From: a virus | Taxonomy: Duplodnaviria; Caudoviricetes | Length of the DNA stretch: 32,396 nt | Strand: one strand, 5' to 3' | Virus record (IMG/VR): IMGVR_UViG_3300016649_000049 | Location: 1 to 32,396 of that record | Notes under the pieces: generated by a model | The model's input: only the letters and a program-made list of their open reading frames with translations | Database searches by the model: none | Told to the model about the DNA's origin: nothing | Shown here: positions 1-8,610 of the stretch, piece after piece | How positions within the stretch are numbered: the stretch's first letter is position 1 | Layout of the letters: every line of letters starts with the position of its first letter | Program-made: the position numbers and the translations under genes

Positions 1-595
1 AAAACTATGGGACTATTCTATTGTGTGTTTATTCTTATTTTTGGTTTTTGTGTGTGGCACATTCTTTCCGAACACTAGCACCAAAGAAAAAATAAGACAA
101 AACACTATTGAAGAAATAAGGAAGATAGGTTTCTTTGAACCTAAAGTTGATAACACATCAAGCGATAAGTTTATTCAAAGTATGGTTAAGTGTATTGCTT
201 ACCATAATTTAAACTTAGAAAAAAACGAGCAAGTTCCAACTGTTCTAATAATTGCACAAGCGATTGTAGAATCTAATTATGGAACAAGTAGATTTGCTGT
301 GGAAGGCAACAACTTATTTGGAATAAGAGTTTGGGGTACAACTCATGGAATGTTGCCATTAAAACAAGACCCATCAATCAAATGGAGAGTTAAAATCTAC
401 AAGACTAAATGCCATTCAGTAAAAGGTTATATAGACACATTAAACCATAATCATCACTACGCAGAATTTAGACAATTAAGACAAAGAACTAAAAACCCTA
501 TTAAATTAGTAGAAACATTAGATAATTATTCTACTTCACAAACTTACCAAACTGAGATAATCGCCATGATAAACAAGATTAAAAACAAAATATAA
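1..595 (+). CDS. GH73 glucosaminidase (Bax/FlgJ-like peptidoglycan hydrolase) with N-terminal hydrophobic anchor; 3' part of a gene that starts at 32374
   Basis: Motif AQAIVESNYGTSRFAVEGNNLFGI and a YST..Y motif near the C-terminus. The frame is open back to position 2 and continues from ATG 32374 across the junction (MNSKILSIKLWDYSIVCLFLFLVFVCG...). Confidence 0.85.
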   Translation, partial: KLWDYSIVCLFLFLVFVCGTFFPNTSTKEKIRQNTIEEIRKIGFFEPKVDNTSSDKFIQSMVKCIAYHNLNLEKNEQVPTVLIIAQAIVESNYGTSRFAVEGNNLFGIRVWGTTHGMLPLKQDPSIKWRVKIYKTKCHSVKGYIDTLNHNHHYAEFRQLRQRTKNPIKLVETLDNYSTSQTYQTEIIAMINKIKNKI

Positions 596-711
596 TGGCT
601 AACGAGACTACATCATCATCACTAAGCAAACTTTATACAAACAAAGTTAAAGTTAAAGGAACTTACAAAGTCTTTAAACCAAAGCCATTAAAAATGCCTA
701 AAAAGAAATGA
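595..711 (+). CDS. 38-aa basic peptide whose N-terminus copies the major capsid protein N-terminus
   Basis: MANETTSSSLSKLYTNKVKVKGTYKVFKPKPLKMPKKK*. TAATG overlap with the upstream stop and ATGA overlap with the next ORF. 13/16 identity to MCP residues 1-16. Confidence 0.85.
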   Translation: MANETTSSSLSKLYTNKVKVKGTYKVFKPKPLKMPKKK

Positions 712-875
712 AAAAACCTATTTGGAAAACCAAAAGACCAGCAAGACTTGGTAAACCAAAACCATTTAATACTAAATCAAAAGCTTATAAAAAAGCTAGA
801 CGTTCAGCAGGTCAAAAGTTCGGCAAAAAAAACAGCTTTGTTAAGAACCTTTATATCGCCAAGAAACTTAAATGA
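708..875 (+). CDS. 55-aa highly basic protein
   Basis: MKKPIWKTKRPARLGKPKPFNTKSKAYKKARRSAGQKFGKKNSFVKNLYIAKKLK*. ATGA overlaps at both ends; no acidic residues. Confidence 0.8.
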   Translation: MKKPIWKTKRPARLGKPKPFNTKSKAYKKARRSAGQKFGKKNSFVKNLYIAKKLK

Positions 876-1195
876 ACTTAGACAAATTATTCTTTGGAAG
901 CAGGGTAATTAAAGTTGATTACATAGACAAGGAAGTTGCCGACAAGAAAAAAATCTTCGGTGAGTTCTGCTCTAACAAAAACATTCTCACAATAGACAAA
1001 ACACTAGAACCTATTGAAATGACCAACACTATAATCCACGAGATATTCCATATGCTAAACGAAGAATACAAAACAGATTTATCAGCAAAAGCAGAAGAAT
1101 TAGTATGTAACTCACTAGCTAATGGTCTTTGTCATACCCTTTACCAGAACCAAGAATTATTAGACTTTCTTTACAAATCTCTAAAAAGAGATTAA
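872..1195 (+). CDS. HExxH metallopeptidase-like protein (ImmA/IrrE-like fold)
   Basis: NTIIHEIFHML motif with a downstream EELVC Glu; FGEF...I.ID segment upstream. Confidence 0.65.
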   Translation: MNLDKLFFGSRVIKVDYIDKEVADKKKIFGEFCSNKNILTIDKTLEPIEMTNTIIHEIFHMLNEEYKTDLSAKAEELVCNSLANGLCHTLYQNQELLDFLYKSLKRD

Positions 1196-1198
1196 TAG
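1170..1198 (+). promoter_or_regulatory. Candidate sigma70-type promoter upstream of terS, with an inverted repeat in the spacer
   Basis: TTTACA(1170-75)-17 nt-TAATAG(1193-98); AATCTCT-AAAA-AGAGATT at 1176-1193. Confidence 0.35.
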
Positions 1199-1225
1199 AA
1201 CATTTAACGAACATAATCGGTTAAT

Positions 1226-1654
1226 ATGGGTAAAGACATACTAGTAATAGACAATAATAAACCTATTGGTAGACCAACTTTTGCGTTTACACCAGAAGTT
1301 TTAGATAAAATAGAAAAACTAGCTTCAATTATGTGTACCTTACAAGAAATAGGCGACATTATTGGTTGTTCACACGACACAATTCAAAGAAATCAAAAAG
1401 CCAAAGAAGCAATTAAACGTGGAGTTGCTAACGCAAAACAAACCATTAGAAAAACTCAATTTGATATAGCTACTAAACTCAATTCAAGCATAATGGCTAT
1501 GTGGCTAGGCAAAGTTTATCTTGGTCAAACTGACAAAGTACAAAATACTGATGATAATGTACCACTACCAATCTATGACATTGTTGATGACCAAAAAGAA
1601 GTTATTGAATTAAAGGAAGTGCAAAATGATACCATTCCCAAACAAGAAATATAA
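1226..1654 (+). CDS. terS: Terminase small subunit (HTH DNA-packaging protein)
   Basis: GRP motif, HTH (CTLQEIGDIIGCSHDTIQR) and MAMWLGKVYLGQ motif; lies upstream of terL. Confidence 0.7.
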   Translation: MGKDILVIDNNKPIGRPTFAFTPEVLDKIEKLASIMCTLQEIGDIIGCSHDTIQRNQKAKEAIKRGVANAKQTIRKTQFDIATKLNSSIMAMWLGKVYLGQTDKVQNTDDNVPLPIYDIVDDQKEVIELKEVQNDTIPKQEI

Positions 1655-2165
1655 TATCATCTATGCTGACCCTGCTTGGTATTTTAAAAGCTATTCTGTT
1701 AAAGGCGAAGGACGCAATCCTATTCAGCATTACGATTGTATGTCTATTGACGATATTTGTAATTTACCTATTAGGAGTTTATGCAGTAATGATTGTGTTT
1801 TATTTATTTGGGTTATTGACCCTATGTTACCAGAAGCTTTTAAAGTTATTGAGTCTTGGGGCTTCAAATACAAGACAGTAGCTTTTACTTGGGTTAAACA
1901 AAATAAAAAATCAGAAGGTTATTTTACAGGACTCGGTTATTGGACAAGAGCAAATCCTGAGATGTGTTTACTTGCAACAAAAGGCAAACCAAAAAGATTA
2001 TCTAAATCTGTTAAACAATTAGTTATAGATAAACGCAGGGAACATAGTAGGAAGCCAGATCGCATAAGAAATGATATAGTTGAATTATGTGGCGACTTAC
2101 CAAGAATTGAATTATTTGCTAGACAAAAAGCAAAAGGTTGGGATAGTTGGGGTAATGAATTATGA
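1626..2165 (+). CDS. MT-A70 family N6-adenine methyltransferase
   Basis: KYNIIYADPAW (DPPW-type), LFIWV, WGFKYKT..FTWVK, GLGYWTRANPE, EHSRKP and RIELFARQ...GWDSWGNE. Confidence 0.92.
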   Translation: MIPFPNKKYNIIYADPAWYFKSYSVKGEGRNPIQHYDCMSIDDICNLPIRSLCSNDCVLFIWVIDPMLPEAFKVIESWGFKYKTVAFTWVKQNKKSEGYFTGLGYWTRANPEMCLLATKGKPKRLSKSVKQLVIDKRREHSRKPDRIRNDIVELCGDLPRIELFARQKAKGWDSWGNEL

Positions 2166-2326
2166 GTAAATGTATATTTTGTAAACGAGTTATGATAAAC
2201 AAACTAGAACAGCATATAAAAGCTTGTCATAAGTGTATTGTTGATTTGCTAATGAAAAGGCATAACCTAAAAGTTAAGAAACAAGCACCAGTAACATTGA
2301 ACTTAAAAAAGTATGAAAAGATTTAG
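2162..2326 (+). CDS. 54-aa CxxC...CxxC zinc-finger protein
   Basis: MSKCIFCKRVMINKLEQHIKACHKCIVDLL...; ATGA overlap with the methyltransferase stop. Confidence 0.7.
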   Translation: MSKCIFCKRVMINKLEQHIKACHKCIVDLLMKRHNLKVKKQAPVTLNLKKYEKI

Positions 2327-2636
2327 TCTTAGAAAATCAGATAAGAACCCAAGAGGTGGTTTAACTGCATCTGGTAGAGCAAGATATAATAGAAGATTCG
2401 GTGCTAATCTAAGACCACCTGTAAAAGGGAGACCAAGCACATCTACTCAACTAAGACGTAAAGGTTCATTCCTAGTTAGAATGGGAAGTTCAAGAGGAAG
2501 ATTGTTTGATGAAAAAGGTCGTAAGACTAGACTAAAACTATCTTTAGAAGCTTGGGGTTATAGAGGTAAAAGTAAATCTGAAGCAGTTGCTTTGGGCAGA
2601 AGATATTTGAGGGCATATCAGAATAAGAAAAAGTAG
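2313..2636 (+). CDS. Highly basic phage protein (DUF6321-like)
   Basis: KNPRGGLTASGRARYNR..GANLRPPVK..RRKGSFLVRM..LSLEAWG; very Arg/Lys-rich. Confidence 0.7.
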   Translation: MKRFSLRKSDKNPRGGLTASGRARYNRRFGANLRPPVKGRPSTSTQLRRKGSFLVRMGSSRGRLFDEKGRKTRLKLSLEAWGYRGKSKSEAVALGRRYLRAYQNKKK

Positions 2637-2858
2637 GTGGAATATTTTTTAATATTCTTCGTAATGATTTCTAATGGTTACGAGTTTAGACCAATCTTTT
2701 TAAAGATGGAAGATAACAGAACTTTTAAGACCATAGAAGAATGTTATAATTTTGGCGATAAACAAGCCGATTTAATTATAGAAACTTTAAACGAACAAGG
2801 TATATTATTTAAGGAGTTAATGTTCAAATGTGTGGAAGAAAAAAGCCAAAAAGTATGA
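2637..2858 (+). CDS. Small protein with hydrophobic N-terminus and two Cys (FxTxEEC motif)
   Basis: GTG start directly after the upstream stop; YFLIFFVMIS leader. Confidence 0.6.
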   Translation: MEYFLIFFVMISNGYEFRPIFLKMEDNRTFKTIEECYNFGDKQADLIIETLNEQGILFKELMFKCVEEKSQKV

Positions 2859-3010
2859 TTGATAAAAAAATGCGTGGAAGCCATGATCTTGAAGTTAGAT
2901 TATATGAAGCATTAAAACAAAATGATCTTAACCAAGAAGAAATACAAAGACTAAACTTAATCATTGAAAAACTAGAAAAAGAGTTAGAAAAAGATTTAAG
3001 CAAAGCTTAA
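2828..3010 (+). CDS. Hypothetical coiled-coil protein
   Basis: Heptad pattern EIQRLNLIIEKLEKELEK; fills the operon gap. Confidence 0.6.
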   Translation: MCGRKKPKSMIDKKMRGSHDLEVRLYEALKQNDLNQEEIQRLNLIIEKLEKELEKDLSKA

Positions 3011-3011
3011 A

Positions 3012-3617
3012 ATGATTAAAGCTTTTGTAACTGGTTGTGATTCTAATTTTACTGACATCTTAGATTGGTTTTTAAATGGCTACCATAAGCATATTAAGAT
3101 TCCATTATATATAGCCAACTTCGGCTTCTTAAAACAATATCCTAATTCATTCTTAGTTGCATCTGATGGAAGGACTTGGTTTTATAAACCTAAAGCTATT
3201 GAGAAAGTTCCTGCAACACAAATCATCTGGTTAGATTGCGATATAGAGATCAAAGAAGATATATCTGATTTATTTGATATGCTTAATGATTGCGATTATC
3301 TTATGAGTAAAGACCATGCAGTAAGAAGCGATAGATGGCAAACAGGAATAGTCGGCATAAACAATAAACAAGTTTTAACTAAATGGTTTGATAGATGCGA
3401 AATGAGACAAGAACGATCAGATCAAGAAGCATTTGCCAAAGTAGCACATGAGTTTAAAATTAACAGAATACCTGACAACTATCATGGTTTAAGATTAGGT
3501 AAGAATAATGATATAGCTAAAACAATACATTGGACTGGAGAAGATGGAAAAAAAATCATTAGAGAGAAGATTCGTAAGCAAGAACAGGAATCCAAACATA
3601 ATTTCAGCACCAATTAA
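3012..3617 (+). CDS. GT-A fold glycosyltransferase (nucleotide-diphospho-sugar transferase, GT8/GT77-like)
   Basis: FVTGCD start, WFYKP, IIWLDCD (DxD), QTGIV, SDQEAF and IHWTG motifs. Confidence 0.8.
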   Translation: MIKAFVTGCDSNFTDILDWFLNGYHKHIKIPLYIANFGFLKQYPNSFLVASDGRTWFYKPKAIEKVPATQIIWLDCDIEIKEDISDLFDMLNDCDYLMSKDHAVRSDRWQTGIVGINNKQVLTKWFDRCEMRQERSDQEAFAKVAHEFKINRIPDNYHGLRLGKNNDIAKTIHWTGEDGKKIIREKIRKQEQESKHNFSTN

Positions 3618-4452
3618 ATACATCAAGTATTCAAATCAGTTTAATAATTGGTTACATTTAAAAGTTAGATCAGAACGAGATAACTTATACCTGAATGACA
3701 ATCTAGCAAATCGGCGATTAAAAACATTACCTGATATTGATAATTTATTTAACCCATTAATCGTATGGGCTAGTGATAGTTTAATTTGTATCTTTGGTAA
3801 TAAGCGATTAAAGACAGCTATTGATAAAGGATATACGCATATTGATTGTTTAGTTTATGAGAACTTTAATCAAGCAGTTAGAATAGGAACTTCTATTTGG
3901 AATACATTTAAAGAACATGGATTATCTAAAGTTGATTATTTATTAACAACTGATAATCAAGCCACTACAAATATAAATAGATTTATGGTGGAAGAAAAAC
4001 AACTCATTGAAGAATACGCAACACACCAACAAGTCTTAATCCAAGAAGCTTTAAAATGTAATGAAGATATAATGGAAACTGGTTGTGGTTATTATTCAAC
4101 ACCATTATTAGTTGAGATAGCAAAGTCTAAAGGAATTAAGTTAATAGGATTTGTTCAGGATATAAACTGGGCTAGAAGATTTGACTATTTAATAGGTTCA
4201 CATTATCAGCAAATACAAATAGACTTTAAACAAGAAATACCATTAACACAAAGATTTGGAATGTGCTTCTTAGATCACGAGCAATTTGTTAAAGATAGAA
4301 TCAAACATCTAAACAATATATTAGAACATACCAACACAGTTGTAGTACATGATGCTGATAAAGTTGAATCTTTTGCGTTGCTACACAAACCTTATACGAT
4401 TGAAATGCACAAACACTTAATACCTAATACAGCAGTAATTAGAAATGTTTAA
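3544..4452 (+). CDS. ParB/Srx-like domain fused to a class I SAM-methyltransferase-like domain
   Basis: N-half: FNPLIV...FGNKRLKTAIDKGYTHIDCLV (ParB-like). C-half: YATHQQVL..IMETGCGYYSTP..CFLDH..VVVHD (motif I-like ExGxG). Confidence 0.65.
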   Translation: MEKKSLERRFVSKNRNPNIISAPIKYIKYSNQFNNWLHLKVRSERDNLYLNDNLANRRLKTLPDIDNLFNPLIVWASDSLICIFGNKRLKTAIDKGYTHIDCLVYENFNQAVRIGTSIWNTFKEHGLSKVDYLLTTDNQATTNINRFMVEEKQLIEEYATHQQVLIQEALKCNEDIMETGCGYYSTPLLVEIAKSKGIKLIGFVQDINWARRFDYLIGSHYQQIQIDFKQEIPLTQRFGMCFLDHEQFVKDRIKHLNNILEHTNTVVVHDADKVESFALLHKPYTIEMHKHLIPNTAVIRNV

Positions 4453-4990
4453 TCCATACGAATACTTTAAAGGCAAGAATGTTTTACTCATAGGTAATGG
4501 TGAGAAATTAGGAACTATTGATTATAGCAAGTTCAATTCAATCGTAAGAATGAATCTTGGAGTTCAAGACAAACCCTGTGATGTTTGGATTAACAATCTA
4601 GTACACGAGGGACATAATATGCTTAAAGAGATTCCACAGATACGTTGCATTGTAAGACTCAACTTTGAAAAAGACGGCAAGAGAGCAGAACGTATGCCTG
4701 ATTGGGTTAAGAAAAAAGCTTGGTTATGGAACAAAGAAGAATTTAACTTAATGACACAAAGATATAACTATCAAAGACCAACGACTGGTTTTGTATCAAT
4801 CTATTGGCTACTCAATCATTGTCAATGCAAAGTAACAATTACAGGATTTGATTTCTTTAAAACCAAGAATAGATATACAATGGAAGAAGTACATCATATT
4901 GGAACTAGTAAAGGTTATAATCACGACATGGAACTAGAACAAAATGTTATTACTAAACTTATTCAAAGAGGAATAATTAATGCCATTTAG
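4445..4990 (+). CDS. GT29/sialyltransferase-like Rossmann protein
   Basis: KNVLLIGNG..IDYSKFNSIVRMN (sialylmotif L-like), RPTTGFVSI..VTITGFDFF (motif S-like), H...E (HDMELE, motif VS-like). Confidence 0.7.
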   Translation: MFNPYEYFKGKNVLLIGNGEKLGTIDYSKFNSIVRMNLGVQDKPCDVWINNLVHEGHNMLKEIPQIRCIVRLNFEKDGKRAERMPDWVKKKAWLWNKEEFNLMTQRYNYQRPTTGFVSIYWLLNHCQCKVTITGFDFFKTKNRYTMEEVHHIGTSKGYNHDMELEQNVITKLIQRGIINAI

Positions 4991-6212
4991 CAAACCACAA
5001 TTAGAAGTTTATAAATGTCCAAAAAGATTTAGAGTTCTTATTACAGGAAGAAGGTTCGGCAAGACTCACTTAGCCATGTATGAACTATTAAGATTTGCAA
5101 GTCGTAAACCTAACTCAAAGATATTCTATGTAGCACCAACTTATAGAATGTCTAAAGAGATTATGTGGAAACAAATCAAGAAACTTACTACTGAAAAAAG
5201 ATGGATTAAATATGCTAATGAAACAGAACTAACATTAATACTTAGAAATGGTAGCCAGATAAGTTTAAAAGGTGCTGACAAATCTCCTGATAATTTACGA
5301 GGAGTTGGATTAGACTTTTTACTACTAGACGAATACGCAGATATACCAGTAGAGGCTTGGACAGAAGTTCTTAGACCAACTATTTCAGATAAACACGTAA
5401 CAGGTAATGTTTTGTTCATAGGAACACCAAGAGGATTTGGTAACTGGTCTTATGAGATTTACCAGAAGGGTTTAGGAGATGATAACGAATGGAAGTCATT
5501 TAAGTATACTACATTAGATGGTGGTCAAGTTGATGCAGAAGAAATAGAACAAGCTAAAAAAGATTTAGACGAGAGAACTTTTAGACAAGAGTATTTAGCT
5601 TCATTTGAAACATACTCAGGAGTTGTTTATTATAACTTTGATAGAGAACAAAATGTCAAAGAATGTAGCTATGATAAAGATGCTATTATTCATATTGGCT
5701 TAGACTTTAACATAGACCCAATGTCAGCTTGTTTATTTCATGTTAAGAATAACATAGCTTATATCTTTGATGAGATAGTTATTTATAGTTCTAATACTGA
5801 TGAATTTGTTGATGAACTGTTAAGCAGATACCTTAAAAATAAAATGATTGTTTATCCTGACCCAGCTTCAAGACAACGCAAAACTTCTGCTGGGGGAAGA
5901 ACCGATCTTACCATCTTGCAAAATGCTGGTTTAAATGTTAAAGCTAAGAATACTCATGCTTTGGTAAGAGACAGGATTAATGCTGTTAATAGTAAGCTGA
6001 AGTCATTTGATGGAAAAAGAAGTATTTTTATTAATCCTTCTTGCAAAACACTAATTAATAGCTTAATGAAACAAGTTTATAAAGAAGGTACAAATCAACC
6101 TGAGAAAAATAATGGATATGACCACATGACTGATGCACTAGGTTACGCAATAGAGTACATATTCCCAATCACATCAAACTTACCAAAATCAGAACCTAAG
6201 AGATTTTCATAA
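4980..6212 (+). CDS. terL: Terminase large subunit
   Basis: Walker A GRRFGKT, YVAPT, LRG..LDFLLLDE Walker B, GTPRG, and nuclease motifs GLDFN..P and DHMTDALGY. Confidence 0.97.
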   Translation: MPFSKPQLEVYKCPKRFRVLITGRRFGKTHLAMYELLRFASRKPNSKIFYVAPTYRMSKEIMWKQIKKLTTEKRWIKYANETELTLILRNGSQISLKGADKSPDNLRGVGLDFLLLDEYADIPVEAWTEVLRPTISDKHVTGNVLFIGTPRGFGNWSYEIYQKGLGDDNEWKSFKYTTLDGGQVDAEEIEQAKKDLDERTFRQEYLASFETYSGVVYYNFDREQNVKECSYDKDAIIHIGLDFNIDPMSACLFHVKNNIAYIFDEIVIYSSNTDEFVDELLSRYLKNKMIVYPDPASRQRKTSAGGRTDLTILQNAGLNVKAKNTHALVRDRINAVNSKLKSFDGKRSIFINPSCKTLINSLMKQVYKEGTNQPEKNNGYDHMTDALGYAIEYIFPITSNLPKSEPKRFS

Positions 6213-7609
6213 TGGCTTACACAAGAAAAGATATAGAACAACAGCACTCACAATACAAAGGTATGATGCCAAGATGGGAATACTACATCAGATCATATTT
6301 AGGTGGCAAAGAATACCAAGACGGAAAGTTCCTACAAGAATATCAACTAGAATTAGAATCAGAATATTTTAAAAGACTTGCATACACACCACTAGATAAT
6401 CATGCAAGAAACGTAATAGACATTTACTCATCATTTTTATTTAGAGTATTACCAACTAGAGAATTAGGTTCTTTAGCTGATGATATGTCAGTAGAACAAT
6501 TTTTAGATGATGCAGATTTAGAAGGTAGATCATTTAATGCTTTGATGAGAGAAGCACAAAACTACGCATCTGTGTATGGACATTGTTGGATTATGGTAGA
6601 TAAACCATCTGTCAATGTTATGACACGTGGAGAAGAACTAGAACAAGGAATTAGACCATACCTAAACATCTATACACCTGAGAATATCTTAGACTGGAAA
6701 TACACAAGAGCAGAAACAGGTTATTATTATTTAGAATATTTAAAAATTAGAGAATGTATTGAAGATGATGGCGAATACTACAAGATTTGGTATTTAGATA
6801 AAGTTGATACAGTATTCTTACCAACTGCAAATAGAGATGAACCTAAACTTATTGAATCATTACCTAATCCACTTGGAAAAATACCTGCTGTTATTCTTTA
6901 CAATCAAAGAAGTCCAATGCGAGGTATTGGAGTATCTGATTTAACTGACATAGCTGACTTACAAAAATCTATTTACAATGAACTATCTGAGATTGAACAA
7001 ATTATAAGATTATCTAATCACCCATCATTAGTTAAAACTAGAGATACTGAAGCTGTTGGTGGTGCAGGTTCTATTATAGAAATTCCTGACAACATAGATG
7101 CAAACTTAAAACCTTATATCTTACAACCAAGTGGAAGTAATTTAGATGGAGTTATTAAATCTATTATGCACAAAGTAGATGCAATCAATAGACTATCTCA
7201 TGTTGGTGCTATTAGAGCAACAGGAGAGAGAATACAATCTGGTATAGCACTTAGAACTGAGTTCCAATTACTTAATGCTAGACTTGCACAAAAAGCAAAA
7301 CTAATGGAACACGCAGAAGAACAAATTTGGAGACTATTTGCATTATGGCAAGAAACAATATTTGATGGAGAAGTAGAATATCCTGATACATTTGACATTA
7401 GAGATTGGGCTACTGATTTAGAATTATTACAACAAGCAAAAGCTTCTAATATTAAATCTACAACTTTTAACAAAGAACTAGATAAACAAATTGCAAGAAC
7501 AGTAATTGAAGAAGATGATATGTTAGAAGTAATAGATCAAGAGATTGATACCAATACACAAGCTTTAGGTGAGTTTGCACAACAACCAATAACTTTACCG
7601 ACAGTTTAA
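6212..7609 (+). CDS. Portal protein (SPP1-like)
   Basis: Follows terL; 465 aa; YGHCWIMVD, PNPLGKIPAV and QSGIALR motifs. Confidence 0.9.
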   Translation: MAYTRKDIEQQHSQYKGMMPRWEYYIRSYLGGKEYQDGKFLQEYQLELESEYFKRLAYTPLDNHARNVIDIYSSFLFRVLPTRELGSLADDMSVEQFLDDADLEGRSFNALMREAQNYASVYGHCWIMVDKPSVNVMTRGEELEQGIRPYLNIYTPENILDWKYTRAETGYYYLEYLKIRECIEDDGEYYKIWYLDKVDTVFLPTANRDEPKLIESLPNPLGKIPAVILYNQRSPMRGIGVSDLTDIADLQKSIYNELSEIEQIIRLSNHPSLVKTRDTEAVGGAGSIIEIPDNIDANLKPYILQPSGSNLDGVIKSIMHKVDAINRLSHVGAIRATGERIQSGIALRTEFQLLNARLAQKAKLMEHAEEQIWRLFALWQETIFDGEVEYPDTFDIRDWATDLELLQQAKASNIKSTTFNKELDKQIARTVIEEDDMLEVIDQEIDTNTQALGEFAQQPITLPTV

Positions 7610-7610
7610 T

Positions 7611-8588
7611 GTGGCACAAGATTTATTACAACAGCTACAAAGCATAAGAGCAAAAGCTGTAAACAATTTAGAATCTCAACATCAAAAACTTTTAATAGAT
7701 ACTTTACAGAACTTAGAAAAAGAAGTTGTTAAAATAGTATCAGAACTTCCAATACAAGAAGGTGCTTTATTCAATACAAGACTTGCAATAGAGATTAGAC
7801 CAAAATTACAACAAGCTATTGAAGAACTATATCTTACTAAAGTTCAAACATTCATAAATGATTATGATAAGATAGCAGGAACGATTGTAGCAACTTATGG
7901 AAAGCTTCCAATTCCAAATGAATTTAAACAAATAACAGAAGCAGATTTAGTTACTATCCAACAATTAAAGAAAATAGCATTTAGTCAATTTCAAAACTTA
8001 GCTACTGAATTTACTAACACATTAGCACAAGAAGTTTATCAATCTACTTTAGTAGGCAAACCTTTTGCAGATGTCGTGCAAACAATTAGAGATAAAATAA
8101 ATGGTATCTACCAACAAGCAGATACTAGAAAGCAACAAGAACTTGTGGACTTTATTCAAGCACAAAAGATTGCTGGAAAGACTAATACTGAAGATTTTAA
8201 AACAGCAGTAGATGAACTAAAACAAACTTATGGTTCTACTGTTACTGGTGCTAACCTAGCCGTCTATTCTTCTCAAATAGTACAAGATGCTTTAATGGGA
8301 TTTGATGGACAGTTTGCAAAGTATAGAGCAGATGAATTGGGTTTAACTAGTTATATTTATTATGGTTCAATTATTAGAGATAGTAGAGATTTTTGCGTAG
8401 AACACGTAAACCAAGTTTTTACTGAAGAACAAGCTAGAGAATTATGGCAAAAAGATTGGCAAGGTAAATCAGGAAGCGACCCATTTTTAGATAGAGGTGG
8501 ATATAATTGTCGTCATCATTGGCAACCAGTAGATACTGATTGGGGTACTATCAAAGAAGATGGTACATTTGAATACACAGCAGAATAA
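7611..8588 (+). CDS. Minor capsid/head morphogenesis protein (gp7/gpF-like)
   Basis: Follows the portal; C-terminal SRDFC...GGYNCRHHW. Confidence 0.85.
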   Translation: MAQDLLQQLQSIRAKAVNNLESQHQKLLIDTLQNLEKEVVKIVSELPIQEGALFNTRLAIEIRPKLQQAIEELYLTKVQTFINDYDKIAGTIVATYGKLPIPNEFKQITEADLVTIQQLKKIAFSQFQNLATEFTNTLAQEVYQSTLVGKPFADVVQTIRDKINGIYQQADTRKQQELVDFIQAQKIAGKTNTEDFKTAVDELKQTYGSTVTGANLAVYSSQIVQDALMGFDGQFAKYRADELGLTSYIYYGSIIRDSRDFCVEHVNQVFTEEQARELWQKDWQGKSGSDPFLDRGGYNCRHHWQPVDTDWGTIKEDGTFEYTAE

Positions 8589-8610
8589 AACAAGAACATC
8601 ATTGATTTAA

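Noticed and set aside
1192-1208. CtrA-like TTAA..TTAAC upstream of terS
   Set aside because: Spacing is 8 nt rather than the canonical 7, and TTAA is very common here.
1663-1881. Alternate-frame ORF inside the MT-A70 gene, and similar + strand nested ORFs at 19529-19807, 25365-25592, 26475-26660, 28566-28757 and 28844-29077
   Set aside because: Each overlaps better-supported genes, lacks an SD and has shadow-frame composition. The 1663 ORF is hydrophobic but has no other support.
5141-5419. Minus-strand ORFs within other genes (5141, 7198, 10765, 11764, 13756, 15852, 16217, 24181, 25325, 30640)
   Set aside because: Antisense or alternate-frame shadows of well-supported genes; no motifs or RBS.
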